From Verrucomicrobiota bacterium (lineage in GTDB: Bacteria > Verrucomicrobiota > Verrucomicrobiia > Limisphaerales > AAA164-E04), in assembly GCA_047947115.1 (NCBI GenBank), contig CP170459.1:4512001-4576000 (forward strand): 64,000 bases of DNA, written 5' to 3'. Position numbers and translations under genes: made by a program. Below are positions 28,732-40,700 of this stretch, one piece after another; positions within the stretch are counted from its first letter, which is position 1, and each line of letters opens with the position of its first letter. The notes below the pieces were generated by a model that was not told where the DNA came from, made no database searches, and was given only the letters and a program-made list of their open reading frames with translations.

Positions 28732-30090
28732 ATGAAAACATTTCAACACTTTACCAAAACGTCGCTGAGCGCCTGCTTGTTGACCTTTTTATTTGTATCC
28801 CTGCATGCGCAACGAGCATCTCAGGAAGATACTACCCGAGAAGGGATGGTGGGAAATTTCAATCGATCAGCTCCTGCCATCGGTGAGAAAATCCCTTTCC
28901 TCGAAGGCGTTGACGCGAATGGAAACCCTTGGAACACTGATCAATTAAAAGGCCGGCATACTGTGCTGGTGTTCGGTTGTCTCACGTGACCACCTTTTCT
29001 ACGTAACGTCCCCAGTTTGGAGACTGTCCATCACGACTATACCCCAAAAGGTGTTCAATTTTTCTACATTTACAAAGCATTGGCGCATCCGGAACACAAC
29101 GGATACGTCACGCCATTGAACTTGGAAGAACGATTGATGCACGTCCGTGAGGCTGAGCGGACGCTGGGTTCCAAAATCCCGTGGATCTGCGATTCCATGG
29201 AGAACACACTCAAGCATAACCTGGGGAACGCCCCCAATTCGGAATTTCTGATGGATCCGGATGGCGTGATCCTCAAACGCAGGGCCTGGAGTGATCCGGA
29301 TACGTTGCGAAACGATCTGGCGGAAATCTTCGGCCCCGCAAATCCACCCACCCTGGTTTCCGACTTGAACATGCCGACCGAACCTCCTCCCAGAACTGTC
29401 GCTAAGGGCATTGTACCACGAATTGAACGTCCATTCGATCCGATGCAACCAGTGAAAGTGACCGCCAAAGCCAACGCCGGAAACCAACAGTTTTACGTCA
29501 AACTGAGAGCCGAAGCGACCCAGGACCTGTTGCGACGGGGAACCGGACAGCTCTATATCGGATTTTTCATGGACCCGCTCCATCATGTCCATTGGAATAA
29601 CCTGACCGAACCTTTGCGATATCAATTGACTCTGCCTCAAGGAGTCCAGGCGACCCCTTCAGCGGGTTCCGCACCATCAGTTGAATATCCAGCCGACGCT
29701 GACCCTCGGGAATTCCTGATCGAAATCATCAGCCCATCGGACCGGCGGCAAACAACCTTCGATATCACCATTGACTACTTTGCCTGCGATGATCAGGACA
29801 CTTTTTGTGTCCCTGTTCGACAGACCTTTGAAGTCACCCTCGAAGCCGACAGAGACGCAGGACGCATCATGCAACGATCCGGTGCCTCACAAGGGACACG
29901 ATTCAGCCGAGACAGGAATCAAGGTTTCTATCCACCCTGGTTCGGTCAACTGGACATCAACCAGGATCGATCCATTGATTTCGAAGAACTGGAACAAGTT
30001 CCCTCGATTCTTGGGGCTTTGGACACCAATCAAGATGGCGTGGTCAGCCGTCAGGAATTCCGCAGGTGGATGATGACACAACCAGACTGA
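28732..30090 (+). CDS. Probable selenoprotein: signal peptide, deiodinase/thioredoxin-like CxxU, DsbD-N-like domain, EF-hands (UGA at 28987-28989)
   Basis: Two same-frame ORFs joined across TGA read VLVFGCLT(U)PPF..YIYKALAHP; a hairpin follows the UGA. Confidence 0.8.
29006..29027 (+). promoter_or_regulatory. Candidate bacterial SECIS hairpin
   Basis: ACGTCCCCA-GTT-TGGAGACTGT; apical G lies 25 nt after the UGA. Confidence 0.5.
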
Positions 30091-30992
30091 ATTGTCGGCT
30101 TTCAATGCTTTTAAGAGTGGAGCATGTTGAGTGCATGAATCAGATGAGAGCCATGATTGAGACCATCCGGTTGAATCGCCAGTGCTGGGGTCTGACCATG
30201 GTTTCGATGGCATCCATCATCTTGAGCGGAGCGATGGTTGGAGAATCCGGCAAGCAGGTTGAACCAAAAGCAATGTATGTCCAGGCTTCGGACAGCAATG
30301 CCATCCTACTGAGCTTCCGAAAACCGGAAAAAACCATTCAGAAACCCGCACCCGTTACCTTCACTCCCCTCTTTTATGCCATTCAATCATCCAAATGGCC
30401 CAATGGGTTTATCCCCATCTATCAAACACAGGATAAGAAGACCAAGGAATGGAAACTCAGTGGCCGACTGAGTCACGGAAAAGAAAACTTCACCGATCCA
30501 CTCTTCTTTGCGCTTCCCCCCAATTTAAAGGAAGGCATGGTATCCGGCAGATGGTCATGCGAAGCCAAACACCGGGATGGAAGCGTTGATTTCCTGCATT
30601 GGGAGATGGGACAGGACGGCGAAACGATCTTCGGACGCTTTGACCAGGATACCGATTATCGATTTGCTTGGTTCATCGGAGGCACAATCCTCGATAACAA
30701 ACTACGCTTTAAAGCCGAATACATTGATGCCACATACGAGCTGGAAGGTTCCCTGTCAACGCACATGATCAGAATGGAGGGAACCTGGAAACATACCGAA
30801 GACTCGGACGGAGGGACTTGGACCGCGGAGCCGGCCTTTGCAATCGAATTGGCGCATTCGCACTGGAAGCGCGTCAATTTATATCAAGAAATCTCCCCCA
30901 CAACGGGAAAACAAATCCTCAGCATTGATTCACCGTTTTCAGATATGTCCCGGATACTTTGCCAGGTCTGGCTCCCCAAAAAGGAGCTTTGA
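30066..30992 (+). CDS. Hypothetical, probably exported protein (true start likely near 30198)
   Basis: 308-aa ORF with a hydrophobic segment near the N-terminus; no recognised motif. Confidence 0.6.
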   Translation: MDDDTTRLNCRLSMLLRVEHVECMNQMRAMIETIRLNRQCWGLTMVSMASIILSGAMVGESGKQVEPKAMYVQASDSNAILLSFRKPEKTIQKPAPVTFTPLFYAIQSSKWPNGFIPIYQTQDKKTKEWKLSGRLSHGKENFTDPLFFALPPNLKEGMVSGRWSCEAKHRDGSVDFLHWEMGQDGETIFGRFDQDTDYRFAWFIGGTILDNKLRFKAEYIDATYELEGSLSTHMIRMEGTWKHTEDSDGGTWTAEPAFAIELAHSHWKRVNLYQEISPTTGKQILSIDSPFSDMSRILCQVWLPKKEL

Positions 30993-31014
30993 CCTGACCA
31001 GAGCATCGACTTGC

Positions 31015-32703
31015 TTAAGCAGTCTTATCTTCCTTTTCCTTGAAGAAAAAGCCAACGATCACCAGCACGATGAAAGCGATCAGGGCCATCTTGCCGAAAG
31101 CATAACTGTTGTCACCAATCTTAAGACTGGTTGTCCAGGCTTTCCAGGCCGCAGCAGGAGCCATGATCAGAAAGGCAAGTCCCATGAGACCGTTCCAGAT
31201 CAGACGATTGATGCCGGTGGGCACGTGATTTCCAAGCACTTTGCGGGAATTCATCATGAGAAGAAATGTCAGATAAGCGATCGGAATCAGAACAAATCCA
31301 AAAACAGAAGTTGGCACCGCCAGATAAGCGCTGGATTCGCTGGTCCATAACAATGGCCATAAAATACCAGTGATTGGAATCAAGGTACCGAGGCGATGAG
31401 TGATGCCTCCGTGCTCCTTGCCCAGAGCTTCACATACGCAAAACCCGGAAATCAACATGAGGATGGAGATGGTCGAGATGGCCATCGCCAGCACACCAAA
31501 TCCAAAGACGTAGTTGGCAACCACATCACTCCCGTTAAACAGCGATTTCAAGGAGCCGGCCAAATCGCCAGTTCCACGTTTGATCAGCATGGCCGCAATT
31601 TGCTTTTCCGCATCGGCCACAGCCACATCCTGGAGGCCTTCGCTTTGCGCTCGCTTATCGATCATTTTGCTGTAATCACCGTATTTGCCACTTTGTTCGT
31701 TGACTACGACAGTGGCTCCGGTCTCATCCAGGAGTCCGGTGAAAGGTTTACCGTGAAACTGAGATGCGGCGGCGATCACAATACAGGAAGTCGCCAACAC
31801 AAACGGAATGACCATGCCCGTTGCCAGATCAAAAATGGCGAGCCCACGAAACTTCCGGTTCCATTTCTTGGCCAACAGGGAAAAGGGCAACAGAAAGGTC
31901 ATGTTGATCCCTACCGCAGTTGCGGCCGCGGCAATCATGATGTCACGTTGCAAGGTCAGGATTTCGGCCTGCCAAAAGCTCCTGGCGGCATCCGAGGGTA
32001 TGGCATCCAGAAATGTCCTGTACTGGGAGGAAGGTTCACTTAACAAAGACAATTTCGGCACAAACCCGCTAATGATTGCTCCCCAATCCACGTTGCCGGA
32101 AATCGCAATGGTTACCCCCATGAAGGAAAGTACAATCAAGGCGACCATGACCTTGAGGATCATTTCATAAACTTTGATGCCTTTTCCCTTCCCCCCGTAA
32201 CTCAAGGTGATGGGAATCACGATGAACATGAGCAGGATGGTGATCATGAACTTGGTGCCGTCTTCCCCTTTGGAGTCGGCGAAAGCACCGGCAAAAAGAT
32301 TGTTGGTGATGGCGCCATAAGCCAGGGAATACTGGGGCAACACCCAGACAATATTCGCCAGCAGCGAAGCAGCCAGCCAACCCCAGGCCAAGACAGGATT
32401 GATGTGCCGACGGATGTTGGTGAAAGGAGACGTTTCTGTGGACAAGGTCACGTAGCTGATAGCGCAAAGCATGGTGACCCCGAAAAACATGGCCAGCCAC
32501 TGGACCCATAACATTTCGTAGCCGCCGATGACACCCAGAAACAGACCACTGGCCAGTGAACCGCCGCCCAGAGTGATGGCGCTTTGAAGCCATCCGGGAC
32601 CGGACAGACGAACAAACACCCTTGCCTTGTCAACGGCACCTTTGCCCTGCACTGAATCCAGCAGATCCTTCTCCAATTCAAATCGATCCTTATTTGCGCT
32701 CAT
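31015..32703 (-). CDS. NRAMP-family divalent metal transporter-like protein
   Basis: GPGWLQSAITLGGGS, AVGINMTFL, ~11 TM segments. Confidence 0.8.
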   Translation of the reverse strand: MSANKDRFELEKDLLDSVQGKGAVDKARVFVRLSGPGWLQSAITLGGGSLASGLFLGVIGGYEMLWVQWLAMFFGVTMLCAISYVTLSTETSPFTNIRRHINPVLAWGWLAASLLANIVWVLPQYSLAYGAITNNLFAGAFADSKGEDGTKFMITILLMFIVIPITLSYGGKGKGIKVYEMILKVMVALIVLSFMGVTIAISGNVDWGAIISGFVPKLSLLSEPSSQYRTFLDAIPSDAARSFWQAEILTLQRDIMIAAAATAVGINMTFLLPFSLLAKKWNRKFRGLAIFDLATGMVIPFVLATSCIVIAAASQFHGKPFTGLLDETGATVVVNEQSGKYGDYSKMIDKRAQSEGLQDVAVADAEKQIAAMLIKRGTGDLAGSLKSLFNGSDVVANYVFGFGVLAMAISTISILMLISGFCVCEALGKEHGGITHRLGTLIPITGILWPLLWTSESSAYLAVPTSVFGFVLIPIAYLTFLLMMNSRKVLGNHVPTGINRLIWNGLMGLAFLIMAPAAAWKAWTTSLKIGDNSYAFGKMALIAFIVLVIVGFFFKEKEDKTA

Positions 32704-32865
32704 GATAGTTCATGCGTATTGACTCCCTGACGACCGCATACAGCGGCCGGCAACACTGGGTTGACTAGGAAATTCGGGGGTCATGATGATGAATTCCGCA
32801 TGAAATGCAAAAGAAAATGCATCGATACATTGCATTTCACTTGGGTAGCTCGATAGATTGGCGCC

Positions 32866-34413
32866 ATGACGATGAATAAAGGCAGAGTTTACCTGGTGGG
32901 AGCCGGACCGGGAGACAAAGGGTTGATCACGGTTAAAGGCGCCCGATTGATATCGGAGGCCGATTGCATCATTTATGATGCATTGGCAAACCCCGAATTG
33001 CTTCAATACGCCAAAGCGGATGCAGAAATCATTTTTGGCGGCAAGAAGCCGAATTCCCATTCCATGTCTCAGGAAATCCTGAATGAGTTGTTGGTCTCCA
33101 AGGCCAAAGAAGGGAAAACCGTGGTGCGGCTCAAAGGTGGTGATCCCTACGTTTTTGGCCGAGGTGGCGAGGAGGGACTTGCTTTGCGCGAGGCGGATAT
33201 TCATTTTGAAATGGTTCCCGGGATCAGTTCCGTATCGGCTGTTCCTGCCTATGCAGGTATTCCTCTGACACATCGCAAACTTTCATCCAGTTTCAGCGTG
33301 TTCACCGGAAGATCAAATCCCGATCAAAAAATGCCCGATTACCCATGGGAAACCATCGCCCGCACCCCTGGGACCAAGGTGTTACTGATGTGTGTGGAGC
33401 GGTTTCAGGACATTGCCCAGGCATTGATGGATCACGGGCTCAGCAAGGAAACACCCGCAGCCATGATCAGCTGGGGCACTTATGGACGCCAGAAATCCGT
33501 ATCAGGAAACCTCGCATCATTGGGGGAACTCGCTCAGAAATCCGGCATCGTGTCTCCATCCATCGCCATCATCGGCGAGGTTGTCAGGCTGCGCGAACAT
33601 TTAAACTGGTTTGAACGCAAACCCTTGTTTGGCCGCCGTATTGTAGTGACACGACCTGTCTCGGCTTCGGATGCACTCTACAATCGATTGAGCGAGCTGG
33701 GGGCGGAAATCATGTCCGTCCCGACCATTCGCAGCAATACCCCCACCCGATCACGTGAACTGGTCGAATGCATCCTGGGAATTGGGGAATATGACTGGAT
33801 CGTATTTACCAGTGCACGCGGTGTGGAAGCGTTCTTCGCGGCGTTCTTTAAGGCGTTTAACGATATCCGGTCCCTTGGCAATCTCAGAATAGCCGCTGTC
33901 GGACCGGCAACTGCCAAAAAACTGCAGGACCTGCACCTGGTAGTCGATGCTGTTCCCGCCAGTTTCAAAGCAGATCAGATCACGAACGCCATTCAGGAAC
34001 ACGAAAGCATCGATAACATCCGCATCCTGCTGGCTCGCGCCGAAGTGGCCAACATGGATTTGCCAAAGGAATTGGAATCCAAGGGAGCCATCGTGGATGA
34101 TGTCGCCTGTTACCGCACCATCGCCGAAACAGAAGATCAATTTGGAATGGGTGAAAAGCTCCAAAACGACGGAGCAGACTGGTTGACATTCGCCAGCGGG
34201 TCAGCTGTCGAATCGTTCCACGATCGATTCGATCTTCCTGACCTGCTGGAAACCTATCCGGACATGAAAGTGGCCAGCATCGGCCCGGAAACCACCAAAG
34301 TGCTGAAGGATCTTGGAGTGCCTCCCACCCTGGAAGCAGGCCAGCATACGGGAGTGGGACTGGCGCATACCATTGCAGAATACGAATTACGATCAACCGC
34401 TGAAGATCATTAG
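32866..34413 (+). CDS. cobA: Uroporphyrinogen-III C-methyltransferase/synthase fusion (CobA-HemD)
   Basis: VYLVGAGPGD, RLKGGDPYVFGRGGEE, then WIVFTS, AVGPATA, SIGPET. Confidence 0.95.
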   Translation: MTMNKGRVYLVGAGPGDKGLITVKGARLISEADCIIYDALANPELLQYAKADAEIIFGGKKPNSHSMSQEILNELLVSKAKEGKTVVRLKGGDPYVFGRGGEEGLALREADIHFEMVPGISSVSAVPAYAGIPLTHRKLSSSFSVFTGRSNPDQKMPDYPWETIARTPGTKVLLMCVERFQDIAQALMDHGLSKETPAAMISWGTYGRQKSVSGNLASLGELAQKSGIVSPSIAIIGEVVRLREHLNWFERKPLFGRRIVVTRPVSASDALYNRLSELGAEIMSVPTIRSNTPTRSRELVECILGIGEYDWIVFTSARGVEAFFAAFFKAFNDIRSLGNLRIAAVGPATAKKLQDLHLVVDAVPASFKADQITNAIQEHESIDNIRILLARAEVANMDLPKELESKGAIVDDVACYRTIAETEDQFGMGEKLQNDGADWLTFASGSAVESFHDRFDLPDLLETYPDMKVASIGPETTKVLKDLGVPPTLEAGQHTGVGLAHTIAEYELRSTAEDH

Positions 34414-35564
34414 CGTGGCACAGGGCGTTGCTGATGCATCCAATGGGCGTAGTATTGGATTTCCTTCTGAAGCATTTCTTTCAATGGATAGGCATTCGGC
34501 AAAGGACGGGGAGCCTCATGGGACAGCAGGTCGTTGCAACGTGAGGCCCAATTTTCAGTGGATGCGCCCAGTGACAATTTCCCCTGAGGAAACATGGTGC
34601 TCAGGATTTCCCCCACCCCACCGTGATCAAGCCCAACACAGCGTTTCCCCATGCAAAGCGGCTCCAGTATGGTTCGGCCAAAAGATTCGGGTTTGTTGGA
34701 GAGGGAAAAAACAAGATCAGACAGAGCATAGATCTCTTTCATGTCAGAACGGTGTCCGGTCCAAACGATGGCGTCTTCAAGCCCCATCGATTGAATCCGC
34801 CCTTTCATTTCATCGACATACCCTTGCTGTTTCGATTCCCAACCACCCACGATCATACCCAGGATATCGGGATGTTGCTTCCGCAATTGCGCGATTAATT
34901 CAACAAAATCAATATGTCCTTTTCGACGTGTGATACGCCCCGGCAAGGTCAGCAGACGTGCATTGCGGGTTTGAGGAAAGGATGTGTACCATTCCTGCAA
35001 CCAATCCGATCCGGGCTTGAATCCTGATGGAAAAGCATTGTTATCCACGCCCCGATAAATGACGGCAACTTTGTCCGGATCAAGTTTCGGATAATGTTGA
35101 AGCACATAAGACCTGGCGGTGTCCGACACGGCAATGACTTGTTCACCTCGTGTCATGATACGGCTGTAGGCATTGACGGAATTAAGGCCATGCACAGTGG
35201 TGACAAAAACGGGACGAGAGGATTTCGGCATGCAGCGCCACGCCCAAAAAGCAATCCAAGCCGGCATCCTGGAACGCGCATGGAGGATGTCCACTTTCTG
35301 CTCACGACAGAGCCGAATCAAGGCAGGAACAAAACGAAGCGTGAGCGGGGTTTTCTTTCCGATGGGCCATTGGATATGACTGGCCCCGCCTGATTCCAGT
35401 TCATCAACCAGACGCCCCCCCTGGGAAATCACCAGTGATTTCCACCCCGTGTCCACCAAAGCGTTGGAAATCTCCAACGTGCCCCTTTCCACACCACCCG
35501 ATTGCAAATCGGGAAGTAATTGAAGCACCGTTCCGGAAGTTGTGGCTGCTTTATCCGTCATCAT
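34410..35564 (-). CDS. Glycosyltransferase family 4
   Basis: GGVERGT, HARSRMPAW, PGRITRRKG, PESFGRT. Confidence 0.9.
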   Translation of the reverse strand: MMTDKAATTSGTVLQLLPDLQSGGVERGTLEISNALVDTGWKSLVISQGGRLVDELESGGASHIQWPIGKKTPLTLRFVPALIRLCREQKVDILHARSRMPAWIAFWAWRCMPKSSRPVFVTTVHGLNSVNAYSRIMTRGEQVIAVSDTARSYVLQHYPKLDPDKVAVIYRGVDNNAFPSGFKPGSDWLQEWYTSFPQTRNARLLTLPGRITRRKGHIDFVELIAQLRKQHPDILGMIVGGWESKQQGYVDEMKGRIQSMGLEDAIVWTGHRSDMKEIYALSDLVFSLSNKPESFGRTILEPLCMGKRCVGLDHGGVGEILSTMFPQGKLSLGASTENWASRCNDLLSHEAPRPLPNAYPLKEMLQKEIQYYAHWMHQQRPVPR

Positions 35565-36523
35565 TCGGGGAATCCTTCGTTCAAAGGCGACGAAGGAAGT
35601 CCGCCGACATTTGGAAACCAATGATCCAGCACCCAGTCGGCAACGCGTTGTGATTCTGCCAAGGGACTTGAGGGTGGAGCCAAAGGTTCTCCCAGCTTCC
35701 AATTGGCAAAGGAAGTGATCATGCCGGACTGGATCAGGGATTTCACACCCTGCCGCAACTTGCCCTCTCCAGCCCAATCCACCTCCAGCATCCCGGTGGC
35801 GGCTCCGGATGTGAGCGATTCATAGAGCATCGAAACACTGTCGCCACTTGCCCAAACCTGTCCACACCGGGCCAATTGTGCGGCCACCCATCCGGAAGGC
35901 GTTTCGGCGGCCGGAATGACACTCAAGTTGTCTGCGGGCCTCAATAAATCGAGAAAAGTGTCCGGGGTGCGACGGGATGTGGTCAAGGTCCACTGTGTGT
36001 TTCGGGTCGATTGGAGGATCCCGTTTATTTGTTCCACTATGGCTGGATCATTCCAGTGGACATGTCTGCAAGGCCCGCCGACGAGGATCAGACCTTGCGA
36101 CGCAGATTGGTTTGCGGATCGTTCGACAGGGTTCAGGACACCGCGAACCTGCATAATCCCTTTCCTATCCCGAACTCCGTCATGTTCGGGAACCACACAC
36201 AGATCAAACCATGCAGCTGGCAGACTGGGTTGCATCATGAGGATCGATCTTCCCCCGAATTTCCGGCGGGCGCGCAACAGCATGGTGTGGGTTAAATGAC
36301 CGGCACCGAGTATCAAATCAGGACGATTTGCAATGACCACTTCCCTGGACCAGGCACGTCGCCACCGGAGACGAGGAAGCCAGCCATTGGGCACTTTCCA
36401 CTCTTTGATAGAGCATGGGACACGCTTTTCCAAAGCCCGAATGAGTCCCAATGTTTGATTTTCATGACCGGGTTTTCCGTCCATGAAGCGCCAAATATGG
36501 ATCTCTGTTCGGGGATCTGGCAT
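35561..36523 (-). CDS. ELM1-family (GT-associated) protein
   Basis: DGKPGHENQ, PEHD, TTSRRTP, DSVSMLYE. Confidence 0.85.
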   Translation of the reverse strand: MPDPRTEIHIWRFMDGKPGHENQTLGLIRALEKRVPCSIKEWKVPNGWLPRLRWRRAWSREVVIANRPDLILGAGHLTHTMLLRARRKFGGRSILMMQPSLPAAWFDLCVVPEHDGVRDRKGIMQVRGVLNPVERSANQSASQGLILVGGPCRHVHWNDPAIVEQINGILQSTRNTQWTLTTSRRTPDTFLDLLRPADNLSVIPAAETPSGWVAAQLARCGQVWASGDSVSMLYESLTSGAATGMLEVDWAGEGKLRQGVKSLIQSGMITSFANWKLGEPLAPPSSPLAESQRVADWVLDHWFPNVGGLPSSPLNEGFPE

Positions 36524-36556
36524 GGCTGACAGGGAAATCGGATCACTTGGAAACCA

Positions 36557-37597
36557 TTACCCCTGAGCAAGGGATTCCAGCTGCGCGGCAGCTTTGCCGG
36601 AACTGATAATATCCTGCGCAAGTTCCCAGCCATCGGACATGGATTCACATTTTCCGGCCACAAACAAAGCAGCAGCGGCATTCAACAACACCGCATCCAG
36701 TTTGGGACCGGTCAATTTTCCGGAAAGCACCTGTCTGACCAGCTCGGCATTTTCCTGAGCATCTCCACCTGCCAAATCAGTGATGCTTGCCCTGCCGATC
36801 GGGAATGAGTCCGGGTTCCAGGTGGATTCATGAAAAGCACGATCCTGATAAAACTCAGCCACGTGATTGGCTCCCACTGTGGACAATTCATCGAGAAAAC
36901 CTCCGTTCCCGACTTCCCCATTCACTACCATTCCCCTGGCAACACCAAGGGACTGCAACACTTTGCCCAGTTTTCCGCAGATTTCAGGTTTAGGCACACC
37001 GATGAGTTGTGCAGTGGGCTTCAAAGGGTTCAGGAGAGGGCCGAGGAAATTGAAAATGGTTCGTTGTCCATTGGCAGCGCACAGTTTTCGAGCTGGAACG
37101 ATGTGCTTGAAAGCGGGGTGATAGTGAGGAGCGAACAAAAAAACAAATCCGTGGTCCTTCAGACATTGAGCGGCCCTTTCAGGACTCAGATCAACCGGAA
37201 TCCCCAAAGCCTCCAGAACATCCGCGCTTCCGGATTTCGAAGTGACCGCGCGGTTGCCATGCTTGGCAACGAACACCCCCGCGGCAGAGGCAAGAATCGC
37301 CACAGTCGTGGAAATGTTGAAGGTGTTCTGGTGGTCCCCCCCCGTTCCGCACACATCCAGAATCACTGAATGACGCACATCGGGATCGAGTTCAGGCGTC
37401 ACGGCCATGTTTCTTAATGAAGAAGCGAACTGGGCAATTTCCTCCACTGTTTCCCCTTTTCCAGCCAGGGCGGTTAAAAAGGCCGCCTTGATCTCCACGG
37501 AGATATCCTCCGAAATCATGGCATCCACCGCTGATTGGATCTCTTCTTGCTGAAGATGGGTCCCTTGTTTCAAAGATTCTGTCAATGCCTGCAACAT
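36557..37597 (-). CDS. trpD: Anthranilate phosphoribosyltransferase
   Basis: DVCGTGGD..TFNIST, AKHGNR, SGSADVLEALG, FNFLGPLLNP. Confidence 0.97.
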   Translation of the reverse strand: MLQALTESLKQGTHLQQEEIQSAVDAMISEDISVEIKAAFLTALAGKGETVEEIAQFASSLRNMAVTPELDPDVRHSVILDVCGTGGDHQNTFNISTTVAILASAAGVFVAKHGNRAVTSKSGSADVLEALGIPVDLSPERAAQCLKDHGFVFLFAPHYHPAFKHIVPARKLCAANGQRTIFNFLGPLLNPLKPTAQLIGVPKPEICGKLGKVLQSLGVARGMVVNGEVGNGGFLDELSTVGANHVAEFYQDRAFHESTWNPDSFPIGRASITDLAGGDAQENAELVRQVLSGKLTGPKLDAVLLNAAAALFVAGKCESMSDGWELAQDIISSGKAAAQLESLAQG

Positions 37598-37715
37598 AAG
37601 AGGACTATATGCAAAAGCGACCGATACCGAAAGCCGAAAGCTATCGCCCGTTCAGACCATTGTTTTCAGAGTACGGACATTGCGAAACCTCATTCGAACC
37701 TTTAGGATAACGGCC

Positions 37716-40700
37716 ATGAAACACGGGATGTTTATGACAGTCATCAAGCTGATGGTCGGGGTGTTCACCCTGATAGCTTTCCACCCTTTTCCAAGTCAAG
37801 CCGCCTCACCCGATCCACAGGAACTGGCCTACATCGAAAATGCCAGGCAACTGACTCTGGCTGGCAGGAGAAGTGGCGAGGGATATTTTTCCAAGGACGG
37901 CACCCAATTGGTATTCCAGTCAGAAAGAGATACAAGCAACCCTTTCTTTCAAATCTTTAACCTGGACCTGACAACGGGAGATATTCACCGGGTCTCCCCT
38001 GGAACCGGCAAGACGACCTGCTCGTATTATCATCCTGACGGAAAACGCATCCTGTTCGCGTCCACTCACCACGACCCCAAAGCCATTGAAAAGCAAAAGG
38101 AAGAACTGGAGATGCGGGCCAGTGGTCAGGAGCGCCGATATGCCTGGGATTACGACGATACCATGGACATATTCTTGGCAAACAAGGATGGTTCCGATGT
38201 GCAACCATTGACTCGCGAGAGAGGTTACGATGCGGAAGGTTCCTTTTCGCCAGATGGTAAATGGATTGCGTTTTGTTCGTTCCGGCATGCCTTTCCGCTG
38301 AATCAACTGAGCCAGGAAGATCAGAAACGCTACGAAATCGATCCCTCTTACTTTGGAGACATTTACATCATGAAATCGGATGGATCGGATGTCAAACGAC
38401 TGACGAACCACCCCGGCTACGATGGAGGTCCATTTTTTTCACCGGATGGAAAACGCATTGTCTGGCGTCGATTCGACAAGGAAGGCGTCAATGCAGACAT
38501 CATGACCATGAATCTGGATGGTGGCGATGTGCGACAAATCACAAAAGATTTCGGCATGGCCTGGGCTCCTTATTTCTATCCGTCAAATGAATACATCATC
38601 TTCACCACCAATAAGGAAGGTTTTTCGAATTTCGAGCTGTATGTGGTGGACCGGTTGGGTTACCGAGAGCCTGTGCGAGTGTCGTTCACAGACGGATTCG
38701 ATGGTTTGCCGGTTTTTTCTCCTGATGGGAACCATCTGGTCTGGACCTCCAACCGATATGCGCAAAACCCTGGCAGCAAAGATAAAGGACAACTTTTCAT
38801 GGCAAATTGGAACCATGAAGCGGTAAGAGCAGCATTGAGACGTTCTCCGGTCCGACAGGCAGAAACCCAAAAAGCAACCCAGAAATCGGTAAAGCGCGCA
38901 AGCGATTATGGGGATATACCAGTACTTGAAGGAGGACCTGGAAGAGATCCGGGAAGGGCAATTGAAAGGAAAGAATCAACGCTCTCTCCTCAGATCACCG
39001 AAAAAGATCTTCAGCAACACGTGCGTTATCTTGCTTCTGATGAACTGGAAGGTCGACTCACCGGAGAAAAAGGAGCGCGCATGGCTGCGGAGTACATCGC
39101 CAAATCACTCAAAGAGATCGGAATCCAACCCTATGACAACCAGGAAGGCTTCTACCAGTCATTTGAATTCTCGGCAGGTGTCGAGGTCGATGAGAGCGGC
39201 ACCTTCTTCCGGTTTGAAACATCGAATTCTGCTGCGGAATCCAATCAGGCTGCACAAGTTTTGTCTGTGCAGGACCATTTCAGCCCTTTGGCATTCTCGG
39301 AAAACGGTCAGTTTAAGGGAGACATTGTCTTTGCCGGTTACGGATTAAAAGTCCCTGGAGAAGGTGCGGAAGGCTACAATTCCTATGCAGGATTGAACGT
39401 ATCGAACAAAGTGGCCATGGTCCTGCGCTATGTACCTGAAGGTGTTGACAACGAACGAAGAGCCTTATTGAACCGGTATTCGTCCCTTCGCTACAAAGCT
39501 CTGATTGCACGCGAATTGGGAGCAAGTGGTTTATTGGTGGTCACCGGCCCGAACTCACCGAATTCAGGGAAACTCATCCCACTTCAATCCGATCAAAGCC
39601 TCGGAAATTCCGGCATACTCGCAGGCAGTATCACGGAAGCATTGGCCGATCAATTGCTGGCCGGCACCGGCAAAACCCTGAAAGTGCTTCAAGATGGTCT
39701 CGATCAGGAGAACCCGCATGCTGTGGGGACCTTGGAAATTCCCGAGACAATGGTTGAATTCGCAGTAAAACTCAATCGCATACGAAAGGCGGACCGTAAT
39801 GTGATCGGCTTGTTGCATCCACCCCACTCTTCCTCCTCCGCCAAGGAGTATATCGTGCTGGGGGCGCATTATGATCATCTAGGTTATGGGGAGCATGGTG
39901 GTTTTCAGGTCAAGGGTGAAGAAAATCAAATCCACAACGGAGCCGACGATAACGCGTCGGGTGTGGCCGCCGTGCTTGAGCTGGCAGGAGCGGTGAAGCA
40001 ATTCTTCACCCAATCGCCTGAGAAAGTGGAACGCGGAGTGATTTTCGCCTTTTGGTCGGGTGAGGAACTTGGATTGATCGGCTCTTCACATTTTGCCAAC
40101 CATCCTCCACTTCCATTGAACTCGATGAAGGCTTATCTCAATTTCGACATGGTTGGCCGATTGCGAGACAACAAATTGACGCTGCAGGGATTAGGTTCAT
40201 CTGCCGATTGGAAGATGTTGATTGAAAAACGCAACATTTTGGCGGGATTTCAACTATCCCTTCAGGAAGATCCGTATCTACCAACGGACACGACTGCTTT
40301 TTACCCCAAGGAGATCCCAGTGTTGTCCTTTTTCACCGGAAGTCACGACGAATATCATCGTCCGGGAGATGATTTTGTAACGCTGAACTGGAATGGTTTA
40401 CAACGAATCAGTTCCTTTGCAAAAAGCATGGTTCTGGATCTGGTCAACCGCGACAATGCCCCCCTGCAATACAGCAAAGTGGCACCCAGCAAACAGCAAA
40501 GCAACCGGGACACCTTGCGAGTATACCTGGGCACCATTCCCGACTACACCACAGAAGTTGTTGGTGTTAAACTGACTGGAGTTCGATCCGGGGGACCTGC
40601 GGACAAGGCGGGCTTGAAGCCGGATGATGTCATTACTTCACTGGCGGGACAACCCATCAAGAACATTTACGATTACACATATGCTTTGGACGCGATCAAG

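Noticed and set aside
28663..30090. Two separate genes or a frameshifted pseudogene
   Set aside because: Same frame, and the TGA falls exactly at the catalytic position of a recognisable Sec motif.
32710..33273. Antisense and shadow ORFs over cobA and other well-supported genes
   Set aside because: No motifs; explained by codon bias of the real gene on the opposite strand.
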